Part shown: positions 11,837 to 24,867 of the stretch, piece by piece | Layout of the letters: every line of letters starts with the position of its first letter | How positions within the stretch are numbered: the stretch's first letter is position 1 | Origin: Octopus sinensis | Lineage: Eukaryota | Assembly: GCF_006345805.1 (NCBI RefSeq) | Contig: NC_043000.1 | Span: 126,976,001 to 127,040,000, forward strand | Length of the DNA stretch: 64,000 bases | Reading direction: 5' to 3' | Program-made: the position numbers and the translations under genes | The notes under the pieces: model-generated | The model's database searches: none | Seen by the model: only the letters and a program-made list of their open reading frames with translations | What the model was told of the DNA's origin: nothing

Positions 11837-12928
11837 TTGCGTAATAATTATGGGAATATTGATAATGATAGACATAACAATGACATTGTTAAGGATAGTA
11901 AACATATGGGATGGTCAAGGCATAAGGTTTTTACTAAAAGCAATAATTTGATAGGCAACCCTAATACTGATAAGGATACACTTTGGCTTATTATCCCATA
12001 TGCACTGCAGATAAAAACAGACATAGTTAGAGCTTTGCACAATATAATATTTAGGCACTTTGGTAAGGATAAGAATAAATTTAGTCATTTAATTAACAAT
12101 GGTACTGTTAGAATAGGATATAGCATTACACATAATCTAGCCACCATCATCTCCTCTTTTAATAACAGGAAACTGGATTACTTCTATAAAGATAGAAAGT
12201 TGAATTTAGATAATAGGAATTTGCCTCTCTTTAATAGTAGGAACAATAAATCTTTTGGAACTAACGGGAACAACCCTCTTACAAATTATGAGGGTACCGT
12301 ACCTGTAAGGAAAAATATTAATGTAATAGATGATACTACTACCACCAATACTAGTACTATTGATAGGAATATCACCAATAATGATAAATTAATTCATTCG
12401 TTGAATTTGGGTTTGGATGGTAATAATAATTGTAACACTACTAATGTGAATGGTGTTACAGGATTGGGGACCAATGTTGGATTACCCCAACCTGTTAATA
12501 ACTGTAATTTCAGAAACAGAAATAAATGTGTGTTTGGTAATCAATGCCTCAGGAAGGAGGTAGTTTACCAATGCACTGTGGATGCACAATTTAGTAGTAG
12601 GGTATATATCGGAGCAACTATGAATAGCATGAAACAGAGACTTAATTATCATAGATATACTTTTAGAAATAAAAATAGGATGTACTCTACAGGGTTAAGT
12701 GCATACATTTGGGAACTCAAAAGTAAGAACTTAGATTTTAGATTAAATTGGAAAATACTAACTTCGGCACCTGTGTATAATGGAAAAAATAAAAAATGCT
12801 CTCTATGTATTAATGAAATTTTTTTCATTATCAAAGCGGGTAGGCCTATTATTAATAACATAAAAGAAAAAAATTTTTTTGCATTCACAAACTACCGTAC
12901 ACTTTTTCTAGATTTAAATAGAACTTAG
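11837..12928 (+). CDS. Penelope-like ORF C-terminal half: end of RT thumb, linker and GIY-YIG endonuclease (RT core missing)
   Basis: Motifs NGTVRIGYS..N...IISSFN, C..NQC...VVYQC, VYIGAT, RLNYH..TF, STGLSAYIWELK, NWKIL and KCSLCINE match PLE C-terminal GIY-YIG domains. Confidence 0.9.
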   Translation: MRNNYGNIDNDRHNNDIVKDSKHMGWSRHKVFTKSNNLIGNPNTDKDTLWLIIPYALQIKTDIVRALHNIIFRHFGKDKNKFSHLINNGTVRIGYSITHNLATIISSFNNRKLDYFYKDRKLNLDNRNLPLFNSRNNKSFGTNGNNPLTNYEGTVPVRKNINVIDDTTTTNTSTIDRNITNNDKLIHSLNLGLDGNNNCNTTNVNGVTGLGTNVGLPQPVNNCNFRNRNKCVFGNQCLRKEVVYQCTVDAQFSSRVYIGATMNSMKQRLNYHRYTFRNKNRMYSTGLSAYIWELKSKNLDFRLNWKILTSAPVYNGKNKKCSLCINEIFFIIKAGRPIINNIKEKNFFAFTNYRTLFLDLNRT

Positions 12929-14754
12929 CTTTTCTACTAGTAATATTTTAGCTCCCTTCTGTATCTAATTATACTAGTAGTCTTCTACAATTTTAAAACA
13001 TGCAACTTATAAATTTATAATTTTATATAATTTTGTAGCTACACATGTATATATATGTCCAGTATTAATTGTTTTTTATATGTGTTTTTTTTTTGTCTTG
13101 TTTTATAAGGGAAATACACTACGGCAAGAAATAATATATTCATTTTGGTATTTGCTTAGTAATATGAGATTCTTGAAGTTTTCTAAAATGTGTATGAATA
13201 TCATAGTTAGATACCTGGTTTTAGATACTGTAATACTATTATGTAATATATGAGAGTCTATATTGGATTTTGTTTGTTTGGGTTGAGAATAGGGGTTTTT
13301 GCAGGTTCTTATTTGGCAGGCTTATATATTGTATATTTAGTGTATCTTTGTACTCACCGAAATTTGTTTCTTATGCTATTTATTAATAAACCTATTCATT
13401 TACTCACATTTGGCTTTATATATATTAGCAGTCTTATATATTTAGTCTATATTTGTAGTTTTCTTGATTTGTACATTATGTTATTCATCTATTCATTTTT
13501 TTACTCATTATCTACAGGTATAAGTTTACATAATATTAGCCTGTATACTAAGTTTATATAAGTACTTTCTTCAATATATATCTTCACTTTATTTTATGTC
13601 ATTTATTTACCTATATACTCTTTTATGCATATGTAGATATATGCATATTAGCTTTACTATATATTAGGTGTACCTATGTATTTTTCTGAATTTGTTTTCT
13701 ATGGTATCTATCTATTTATTTAGTCATTTACTTATTTATTTATTTATTTATTTATTTACTTATTTAAGTGTAGATATATACATACATATCAATTATTTAT
13801 TTTAATAATATATGGATACATGTATACTAGTTTGTGCTTATACTCTGTATGTGATTTTTAATTATTTCTTCTTATTTATTTTATCACATTTTAATCTTAA
13901 GTAATTACAATTTATTAACTTATAATTAATTTAATTTTTGTTATTTACTTATATACCATTGTATTGGTAAGTCCCCCACTGATACTATTTAATGTTAATT
14001 ATTACATTTGATGCTTAAAAGTGTATTTATATATAAGTACTACGAATGTTTTCTTGCGAGTCACATATGAAAATAAACGGTGCGTTTGTGTATATCTGCT
14101 GCTATACATGAGTATTATTATGGGCATGTATATTTGAGTGTAATTCTATTAGTTCGTAGGTTAGGTTCTTTGATGGAAAAAATGTTTAATCTATACTTTA
14201 TAACTTAGCGTACATGTGTTTATAGCAAATTACGATGAAATTAGTAAACGTTATGTTATATAATACTATGACTACAGAAAAAAACGGTGACATATGCTGT
14301 GTGTACCCTACGAAAAATGACATTCTATGTCTTGATATATAAATATATGTATCTTTATAACAAATATTTTATGGAAATATGTGAGTGGATCTTCTTAGTT
14401 AATTTAGTGGCATTGTTGTCGTTTTGAGAGGCTGGATGGCTGCATAGCTACGATTATACCTCTTTTATTATTTATTTATTTATGTGTTTGAATGTGTTTG
14501 TGGATATGTATGTGTATGAGTGTATATGTGTGTGTGTATACATATAATTATGTATGTATGTGCGATTGATCTATGGATGTGCATGTGCGTATGTGCGTTT
14601 CTTGACTAACTAACCGTAAAATTTCTTTTGTGATTCAAATTTAAAACTATAAGCCAATCGAATTAATCTAGAAAAATCAATATCAAGTGGACAGAATAAT
14701 CAGACTCATAGATATGTAGATGTCCGATTGATGTACTTGGTACAGACATGGTTG

Positions 14755-14795
<41 letters not shown>

Positions 14796-15136
14796 ATTAA
14801 TAGTAATTTTTATTGACTTTTATAGGTTTATAATTTTATGAACTGAACTGTGTTTTTTTATTATTTTTTATGTATAGGTCTGATTTAAATTTAAATGTGA
14901 GTGTGCATATGTTTTCCTGTAGGTTAGTTTTTGGAACTAGTAGCCCAATATGTAGAATAACTGTGTTTGTTAATATATATTGATATATTTTGTTTTGTTT
15001 ATTTTGTATTATTGTATTAATGAGTATATATATATATGTGTAGTATTATGAGTGTCTATGCACACGTTTTTATATTTTATATTTTTATATTTATATGTAT
15101 TAAAAAAAATTTTTTCACACTTATAATAAATTAAAT

Positions 15137-15247
15137 TCTCTGAAGAGTCCGTGGGGCATCCTTGTTAATGTCTCATTTATACCTGCCTTATATGGCTTAT
15201 AGGTTAAATGAGGCATACTTGCCCTTACGGACGAAACAGCTGTCAGA
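15137..15247 (+). ncRNA. Type I hammerhead ribozyme motif with greatly extended stem II
   Basis: tct-CTGAAGA-gtccgt(74 nt)acggac-GAAA-c-agct-GTC-aga; intact core, palindromic stem III, predicted cleavage after C15244. Confidence 0.85.
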
Positions 15248-15433
15248 TATGATATAATTATATATTATATTTTATATTTTATATTTCTGTTTCCTTGTCT
15301 AATTATATTTACAATATATTTTGTATAATGCCTTTACTGTTATGTAATGGTGTAATAAAATATTGATTGGGTATCATCTGATGGTTGATGTTTGATTGAT
15401 TTAAGTATGTTTTCTCCATTTTCTAATTTTGTA

Positions 15434-15464
<31 letters not shown>

Positions 15465-16079
15465 CATATGTGTGTATTTGTGCATCTGTGTTTGTCCTAC
15501 CATCGATTGACAACTGTGCGGCAATAGAGACCAATAGAATAAATATTAGGCATACAAAGAATAAGTCCTGGGTTGATTTGTTCAACTAAAGGTTGTGCTC
15601 CAGTATGGCCACAGTCAAATGACTGAAACAAGTAAAAGAATAAAAGAATACATATATATTACAGTATCTGCAATACCAGGGAAAGATGGAGCAAGACCCT
15701 GACTCTTTGCCTTGTTCTAAAAATCAGTTTAAATATCGATGGCCCCGAATAGGGATTTTATCAGATAAGAATAGATACGACACTTTGATCTTAGCTGGTG
15801 TCATGTAAAAAGTTGCTGTACCGATGTCACATAAAAAGCACTGGTGGTTGACATTAGGAAGGACATCCAGCCATGAAAATCACTGGGGCCTGGTGCAGTT
15901 CTCTGGGTTGTCAGCCCTTACCAAACCATCCAACCCATAGCAGCATGGAAAATAGATGTTAAATAATGATGATAATGATGATTACACTCTCTCTCTCTCA
16001 CTCCCTCTATCTATCTACCTCTCTATTTATGTAAGTAAAGTATATTCGTTTGTGCATATACATATATAGGCACATATGT

Positions 16080-16115
<36 letters not shown>

Positions 16116-16295
16116 CAACACATTTTCCCTATCAAATCCAGTGTTCTTGGTTAAGACAAGAGGCTAATCCCCAATTATGTGATCGGCTGTAACTTAAGCA
16201 TTATTTATTGATAAGCTGGTGTAGTTCAGTTTGACAATAACTGGACAGAATCACTCATCAATTTAAATAAACACTGTTAAACTTCTGATCATTTT

Positions 16296-16440
16296 TCATG
16301 CAGTTACTAAATAATTGACTTTCAGTTTTAATATAATTAGCATCTCAGCACTGCAGCTTTGGCACTTGTTCTCCTGGACTTTTACCAAAGATATTAAATC
16401 TTTCATATGGGAATATATTTCTCCAGTCAAAGTGAATTTT
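16296..16440 (-). pseudogene. Decayed partial duplicate of exon 18 (pseudoexon)
   Basis: 16430-16299 reads [44 protein letters not shown] then TGA; 31/44 aa identical to the start of exon 18. Its AG acceptor (16441-16442) is 10 nt upstream and out of phase. Confidence 0.88.
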
Positions 16441-16909
16441 CTGAGATATATATTATACAATCATCTGCTTTGATGCAACATAGTGGTTTCTTAGCTAGAA
16501 ATAACAACCAGATCTCTCTCAATTTACACTTTACTGTCTTAAAATAAAGGACATGTTGAATAATGTAGCTTTAGACACACTATTCTGGGACACATATGGG
16601 GTTCATAACTGGAAAGGTTTTGATCACAGACTACTCAATCAGAGTTGGCCTAGAGCTTAGCAACAACAATAACAATGGATAATCTTTTAATATTTATTTG
16701 TCTCAGTCATTGGACTGTAACCATGCTGGGGTACTGCTTTGAAGGGTTTTAATTGAACAAATCAATTCCAGTACATTTTTTTTATTCTTAAGGGTTTGGT
16801 ATTTATTCTATTGGTATCTTTTGCTGAACCACTAAGTCATGGGGATGTAAACAAAACAACACCAGTTGTCAAACAGTAGAAAAAGAAATCAACACACACA
16901 CACGCACAC

Positions 16910-16945
<36 letters not shown>

Positions 16946-17147
16946 TGCATAATAGGCTTCCATACAGTATCTCTCTGTCAAATTCACTCACAAGGCATTG
17001 GTTGGCCTGGTGCAACAGTAGAAGACAATTGTTCAAGGTGCTGCAGTGGGACTGAACCTGAAAACATTTAGTTGCAAAGTGTAACTTCTTAACCACAGGG
17101 CCATGAGAACATTTCAAAAATTTTCTAAAACAGTTTGCTTGTCTTAC

Positions 17148-17456
17148 CTTATGTTTAGCATTGTCTTCTTTGACATTAGAAATTTTCTCTTTGAGTTTTA
17201 ATTCAGCAGATGTGAACCAGCGACAAATATCATCCACTAGGCTTCCATAGTTCTTACGCTGTGATTGCAACAGTTTCAGTTGTTCTTCTTTGCTCTTTAA
17301 ACTTTCGAGCAGTTCTCGTTGTGCTGTCACTACCTGATTGACTTTCAGTTTCATTACTGTAGGCATTTCAGCACTGCAGCTTTGGTACTTGTTTTCTTGT
17401 ACTTTTACCAAAGGCATAATCTCCTTCATGTGAGAATCTATCTCATGTGTCAATTC
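17148..17456 (-). CDS. Exon 18 ([10 protein letters not shown]...DNAKHK), last exon found
   Basis: ctcttttcag acceptor, AAG|gtaaga donor; 309 nt, phase 0 to 0. Confidence 0.93.
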
Positions 17457-20132
17457 CTGAAAAGAGAATTTTTTAAATAAGAAAGATATCATCTGGGTTT
17501 CTCTTGTGGTTGCATCACGAACACAATTATGACGGTCAAACTCTCATATTCTCAATAATATCTGGACCTGAAGCATTCAACTTAATATCATACTTCAATT
17601 TATAAATTTCTTTAATAATCCTTTCTACTACTGACTGTAAAAAAACCATGCCAAAGCAGACTTCACAAGTGCTTGTGCCATGTAAAAAGCACCCTGCCCA
17701 CTCTGTAAAGTGGCTGGCACTGGGAAGGGCATCCGGCAGTAACAGCCATGCCAAAATAGACGTCACTGGTGTTGGTGCCACATGAAAAGCACCAACTCCA
17801 CTCTGTAGAGTAGTTGGTACTAGAGAGGGCATCCAGCAGTAAAAGCCATGCCAAAACAGACGTCGCTGGTGGTGGTGCTACATGAAAAGCACCAATACCA
17901 CTCTGTAGAGTAGTTGGTGCTAGAGAGGGCATCTAGCAGTAAAAGCCATGCCAAAACAGACGTCACTGGTATTCGTGCTACATGAAAAGTGCCAACTTCA
18001 CTCTGTAGAGTAGTTGGTGCTAGAGAGGGCATCCAGCAGTAAAAGCCATGCCAAAACAGGCAGTGGAGCTTGGTGCAGTCCTGTGGTTTGCCAGCTCATG
18101 TCAAACCATGCAACCCATAACAGCATGAACGATGGACATTAAATGATGATGACAACTATACACACAAAGCCTTAAATTTGGGTTAAGGGGGCAAATCGAT
18201 TACATCAATCCCAGCACTTGACTGTTACTTATTTCATTAACCCCAAGATGATAAAAGGCAAAAATCAACCTTGGTGAAATTTGAACTCAGAACATAAAGA
18301 CAGATGAAATATCACTAAGCTACTATCTGGTATTACTCTTTTACTTGTTTCAGTCATTTGATTGTGGCCATGCTGGAGCACCGCCTTTAGTCGAGCAAAT
18401 CGACCCCAGGACTTTTCTTTGGAAGCCTAGTACTTATTCTATCAGTCTCTTTTGCCAAACCACTAAGTTATGGGGACATAAATACACCAGCACTGGTTGT
18501 CAAGCGATGTTGGGGGGACAAACACAGACACACATATATATATATATATACATATATACGACGGGCTTCTTTCAGTTTCCGTCTACCAAATCCACTCACA
18601 AGGCTTTGGTCGGCCCGAGGGTATAGTAGAAGACACTTGCCCAAGGTGCCATGCAGTGGGACTGAACCTGGAACCATGTGGTTGGTAAGCAAGCTACTTA
18701 CCACACAGCCAATCCTATGCCTACACCTTGGTATGCCAACAATTCTGCCAGATCACCACTTTATATATTTCTTTAATAATATATCATAGTTACTATAACC
18801 AGAAGCCCTGCTTGTAATCAGTGATGTGCATTAACAGATCAATGATGTTCCTACTCCTCCTATGTACTGTATAGCAAACCACAGTCAAGGAAAGCCTTGA
18901 ACAAATATTAAATAGCTAATTACTAATATACATGTCCTAAGTTAGAAGAAAGTATACCCAAAAATAGAGCACATACATACATACACACATATATATACAC
19001 ATATACCCACACATACATAAATACATACATACATACATACATACATGCATATATATATATAATATATACACATACATATACACACATACACATATATATG
19101 CATACTTAATCAAAATCGCTGACGTGGCCAATGCCTGTATCGCCTGATTGGCACTTGTGCCAGTGGAACGTTAAAAGCACATCCGAGCTTGATTGTTGCC
19201 AGAGCCACAGATTGGTTCCTGTGCTGGTGGCATGTAAAAAGTAGCATTCAAGCGTGATCGTTGCCAGCGTCGCCTTACTGGCACATGAAAAACTACATTT
19301 GAGCATGGTTGTTGCCTGTGCTGCTGGAGTGATTCCCATGCAGGTAGCATGTAAGAAACACCTTTTGAGCATGGTCTTTGCCAGAACCACCTGACTGGCC
19401 CTCATGCCAGTGGCATGAAAAAGCACCTACACACTCTCACAGTGGTTGGTGCTAGGAAGGGCATCCAGCTGTAGAAACTTTGCCAGATCAGAGTGAGCCT
19501 GGTACCACCTTCTGACTCACCAATCCTCAGTCAAACCATCCAACCATGGAAAGCAGACGTTAAACGACAACGATGATGATGATACATATGTACACACACA
19601 CACACATATATATATATATATGCATACATACATGCGCATAAGTTCACACACGCACACAATAAACAGTTAACTAAGGATCAACAGGGAAAGAAGACTCTGA
19701 TAAGTTTGACTCTAGTCTGGTTTTGTCAGGGCATATGGTAGGCATAGCATAGACAGTAGCATTCACATTTCTCTGTTCAACCACTGCTCTTGTGTCTGTC
19801 ATCAAGAAGTGATTGTTTTAACTGCTAGGTCATTTCAGGACATATGTGTGCCTAAACTGATGAAAATCTGCTACTTCCGTGGTTTCCATATTGACTCCAG
19901 TATGGGGTCAGATTATCTATGAGCAGTAAGTGGTTCATTATCTGATTCCTTATTTTGTGCTTATGTACCAAACAGAGGAGACTGTTTGATGCTGTTTGCT
20001 AATCTGAGATAACCAGAAATGGCTGGTTAACTTTCTTGACTTCAGAGGAGATATCTTCTATAAAAAAACAAAAGTGAAAAACCTTACAGCTTTATATTTT
20101 GGCACAAAATCTGAAAGCAAGGGGCGACTCCT

Positions 20133-20186
<54 letters not shown>

Positions 20187-20635
20187 TGGTGGTGGTAGTG
20201 GTGGTGGTGGTAGTAGTAGTAACAGTAATAGTATTAGTGGTAGTTGTAGCAGTAGTAGTAGTAGTATGAAGGCATATGATGTAACAGTGCATTGCTGCTC
20301 TACCACGTGTTGGTGATTACCTACGCCTCGTGAATGACACCTTTGCAGCACTCAGGTGACAACCCTCCAACCCATGGGTCCGTTTGGGTAGTCATTGCTG
20401 GTGAGTGTTTTATGAGATTGTGGTGTGAATCATATCTCAACTCTTTTAGTTGCCTTTTATGACATGCAGACGAAATATTAGGTCAATTCTTTGACATGTC
20501 AGTCCCCCACATAGCACAACTCAGTGCTGTGTGGGGGCCAATACCTGAGTGATACTTTATTTTATCAACCTTGAAAGGATGAAAGGCAAAGATGACCTCA
20601 GGATTCGAACATAAGATATAAACAAATACCAAAAA

Positions 20636-20671
<36 letters not shown>

Positions 20672-21743
20672 ATCATCAGCTGAAATTTATAGAAATATAT
20701 GTTGATATGTGCATAAATGTAAGTAAATACAAACAAATATTTATATAAGCAAATTACCGTGATCACCATGACTGAACAGCTATCAGATGTTGCTACACAT
20801 CGCTGGTTACAATGCGCCTCACATTGTTTTAGCTTTCAAATGACGCCACCCCGCTGGCTAAGCAAGCAGGCCAACAGAAGAAAGAAAGAAAGTTGTGGTA
20901 AAAGAGTACAGCAGAGATTGCCACCACCCCCTGCCAGAACCTTGTGGAGCTTTAAGTGTTTTCGCTCAATAAACACTCACAATGCCTGGTCTGGGAATCG
21001 AAACCACGATCCTACGACCACGAGTCTGCTGCCCTAACCACTGGGCCATTGCGCCTCAACATATAAGAAAATACTGGGTAAAAAAGAAAGAGTTTAATTA
21101 ACAGGATTACTAATTACCTTTGTTTTCTCACCAGGAGAAGTAGAACCATCAGTAACATTGCCAAGTCTTTGGACTGTAATATGGCAATCTTGAAGCCATT
21201 CAACTGTTTTATCAAGTTCTTTATTTAAGTTCTTCCGGTCATTAATCTCATCGCATATCTGGGTGGAATATTCTTGGCATTGATAAGATATCCTATTAAA
21301 TGATTATAATAATAAAATGATAATTAATGTTATTGTAACAATAATAAATAATAATGATGATTATGATGATAAGAATTTCAAATTTTGGCATATGGCCAAG
21401 AACTTTTTAGTGTGATGGGGTTAGTTAATTACAACAACCCTAGTATTCAACTGGAATTCATTCTACCAACTCCGAAAGGATGAAAGGCAAACTTCATCTT
21501 TGCAGAATTTGAACTCAGAATGTAATAAATTGAAAGAAATGATACTAAGTATTTTGTCTGATGAGCTTACCATTCTGCCAGCATGCCACCTTAATAATAA
21601 TAACAATGACCCTTTCTACTGGAAGTACAAGGCTCAAATTTGAGAGAATAACACCGATTCCAGTGCATAACTGGTACTTATTCAATCGACTCTGAAAGGA
21701 TGAAAGGCAAAGTCTACCTCGGCAGAATCTTAATAATAATAGT

Positions 21744-21782
<39 letters not shown>

Positions 21783-24700
21783 CAGGCTTATTCCCCATTT
21801 TTAGGAGGGGGTAGCCACAAGACCCACACCAGGCATTCCATTCATTTACCAGCTCAATGTCAATAATAATAACAATGGAGTAGACTGGAGCAATGCGAAA
21901 TAAAGTGTCTTGCTCAAGGACAGAATGTGTCGCCGGGTGTTGAGCTCAAGACCTTACGACTGTGAGCCAAATACCCTAACTATTAAACCACGTGCCTTCC
22001 TCAATAATACCATGGCAGAATTTGAACTCAGAATGTAGCAGAAGACGAAATACTGCTAAGCATTTTGCCTGGCGTGCTAATGATTCAGTCAGCTCGCCGC
22101 CGTCATGATAATAATAATAATGATAATAACTCACATTACACATACTCTACAAAACAGATGGAACATTAAAATAACACCAGGAATAGCAATGAAATCCCAC
22201 AAGAATGCCAAACTGAAATGGCATACAAGCATTCTACATTCCCAAAAGACAATACTGCATATAGCTCAAGAGCACAGAGGTGCACCTGCTGCTACAGTAA
22301 AAACTCACATAATGTTATTGAAAATATGATAACTGATAATACAAGAGAAAATACAAAACCATAACAAAATACTGCATGTATTCACAGATCTGTGCTTCTA
22401 ACTGCAGTGAAAGCATGCAATATAAATAAGACTACTAAATAATCATGATAATTTCTAATAATAAATATGGCTTTGTTGTATTTTGGGAGGGTGTTTATGT
22501 GAATAAGAAGCACATGTGTTTCTTATTTCATTTGTCAATTGCTTATTTATTTAACCAATTGATTGACTGAATGATTAATCAAACAGATGATTAATTAATT
22601 AGTTAAAAGTTTAAACCAGTTGACAAATAAAATTAGAACCAGGGCATGTACTTATGTATTACAGGCATAATGATCTTCCCAAGATATGTTTCAACACACA
22701 AGTTCAAATCAAGAATCTTGCAAACCAAATGCAAAAACTAAATATGACTTTATTCTTGGGCAAACTTGTCTATGGTATTTTATAAATTATCTAAAAAAAA
22801 AATACCCAAATACAGAAATAATATGAAGAAATATGAAAAGAATTATGAAATAATAAAAAAGTAAAATCAATATAAAAAATAATACCAACTAATATGGTGA
22901 AAATTTATCTTGCTGCCCCAAATGAATGGGATGCAAAAGACTATCATTGTTAGCAATATCCATGTCTTTTGTAGAACATTATCGTTATGGAAGCTAGGTC
23001 CAAGACTTTGTTATAGCATGTACCTTGTTAAATATCATATTTTAATATATTTGGTTTTCTAGTTGTCTCCTAATCTGCAAACATTCTCTAGTTGTTTTAT
23101 TTGCCCTGTATGTCACTGGTGAAAAGCTATGTGATGTGATGAATACAAACAATCGACTAAGGTGAATAAAATAGTAATAATAATGATTAGAACACAGTCC
23201 TATATTTACAAGGGTGGAAAGTTAATTAGATCAACATCCCCAGCATTTAACTTCTAATTATATCATCCCAGGAAGAGTAAAAGACTTCATAAGTCTTCAG
23301 TGATTACTCCATCTATTTTCTTTCTCTTTATGGAATGTTGCTCTGTATATCTTTCTGATCATGTTCGGTAGTTGATAAAGTCATTATTGGTTCCTTGTAA
23401 CATTCAATAACAAGAACATTAGATAAGAAGTTTACAGTACATTAATATTATTTACTATTCACAATGTTCTTTTGGTGAAGAAGGTAGGATTATGCCCACT
23501 GCCTTAGTAATTAAGATGTTATAATTCTTCATGTTATAATTCTTCACAAAGCAGCTGTGAGAAGACCAAACAGTAAAGTGGTATTAATACCATTTCTTAT
23601 TCAGAAATCTGTTTTGGCTTCATTTCTGCTATATTAACCCTTTTATTACTGTATGTCTGCTGAAATACACTGCCTTTGTTTCAATTCATGAAGAAAATAA
23701 GGAAGAATTCAGTAAAATAACTTTGTCCTTATTAACTTGGAATTTAAAACAAATTAGCATGAAATTTTCAAGGAAGGTTTTAATTTAGATTATTTTAAAC
23801 CTGCAAGATCATTTGAACCAAGGGTTGTTGCAAGTAGTTCAGCATCAAAAAGGTTAACAACAAACGTGTCAATTCTTCACAAAACAGCTGTGTTAAGGTG
23901 GCATTAACATCATTTACTATTCACAAATATTTTGGTCAAACATCCACTACCTTAGCAACTAAGATGCCACAATTCTCTACCAATCAGCTGCAAGGAGATA
24001 TGATGTTCAGGTAGTATTAATAATCATATACTTTGCACAAATTTTTTGTCACAATTCTCCACTGAAGTAACTTCTTCCATGATCAAAATTTAACACTGTT
24101 TCTCTTTCCTTTATGAAAGCCACAAATACAACAGCTGAAACTGACTAACCAACAAAGCACAGGACACCTAAACAGCAGCCATATTTTGAACAGTTATTGG
24201 TCCAAAGAAGGCAACATTATGGCTGCTTAAGATTAAATAGATATGCACTGGAGATGAATTAGAGTTAGAAATGAACCTGGGATGTTTGCAAAATAACTTA
24301 ATATTAATATATTTTATTTTAGATTTTAAATTTTATATTTGTGAACAATAGTATTGCCACTTTCTAACAGACCAATCATCAATAAGTTCATGTTTGTATT
24401 TCCCATAATAATATTCATATAATTCAACTTGATTAAAATGCGATTTCTAAAATATATTTACATCTTTCTTTGAAGTTTCAGATCGATTTTATCATGATAA
24501 TATATTTAATAAAGTTAATGAGAAATGTTCCATGGATGCAAGGTTGAAATTAAAGTACTTCATACCTTTCATATCTTTCAGTAAACAACAATAGCTGGTC
24601 TTGGGAATGAAGCTTAGCCTCTGCAGTAGGCAGACACTTGAGAAGAGATGATACTGAATCTTTTAATTTCTTTAAGGTAGGTTCTGTTGCATTCAAGTTC

Positions 24701-24825
24701 TGATCAATTTTCTGCAAAACCAAAATAAAACAAAAAAGATTTTTAAAAAAAACAACTTTTATTAAACTTTTCCAATATCTGTTTCTTTTCATAAAAATAA
24801 TACAGCATAATTGGAGAAGAGTGTG

Positions 24826-24867
<42 letters not shown>

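Larger units (their letters stand above)
11809..15433 (+). mobile_element. 5'-truncated Penelope-like retroelement inserted into the (TA)n core of a SINE
   Basis: GIY-YIG ORF at the 5' end and a hammerhead motif near the 3' end; flanked by the two halves of one family-A SINE (11614-11790 and 15435-15650). Confidence 0.82.

Noticed and set aside
13250-13561. 103-aa hydrophobic ORF inside the PLE insertion
   Set aside because: T-rich composition explains the F/L/I/Y bias; no motif.
16869-17147. Extension of the 207-aa ORF beyond exon 18
   Set aside because: It runs through a consensus donor into a reversed SINE and (TG)n.
17640-18060. CRISPR-like array
   Set aside because: Eukaryotic context; whole units repeat with no unique spacers and no cas genes.
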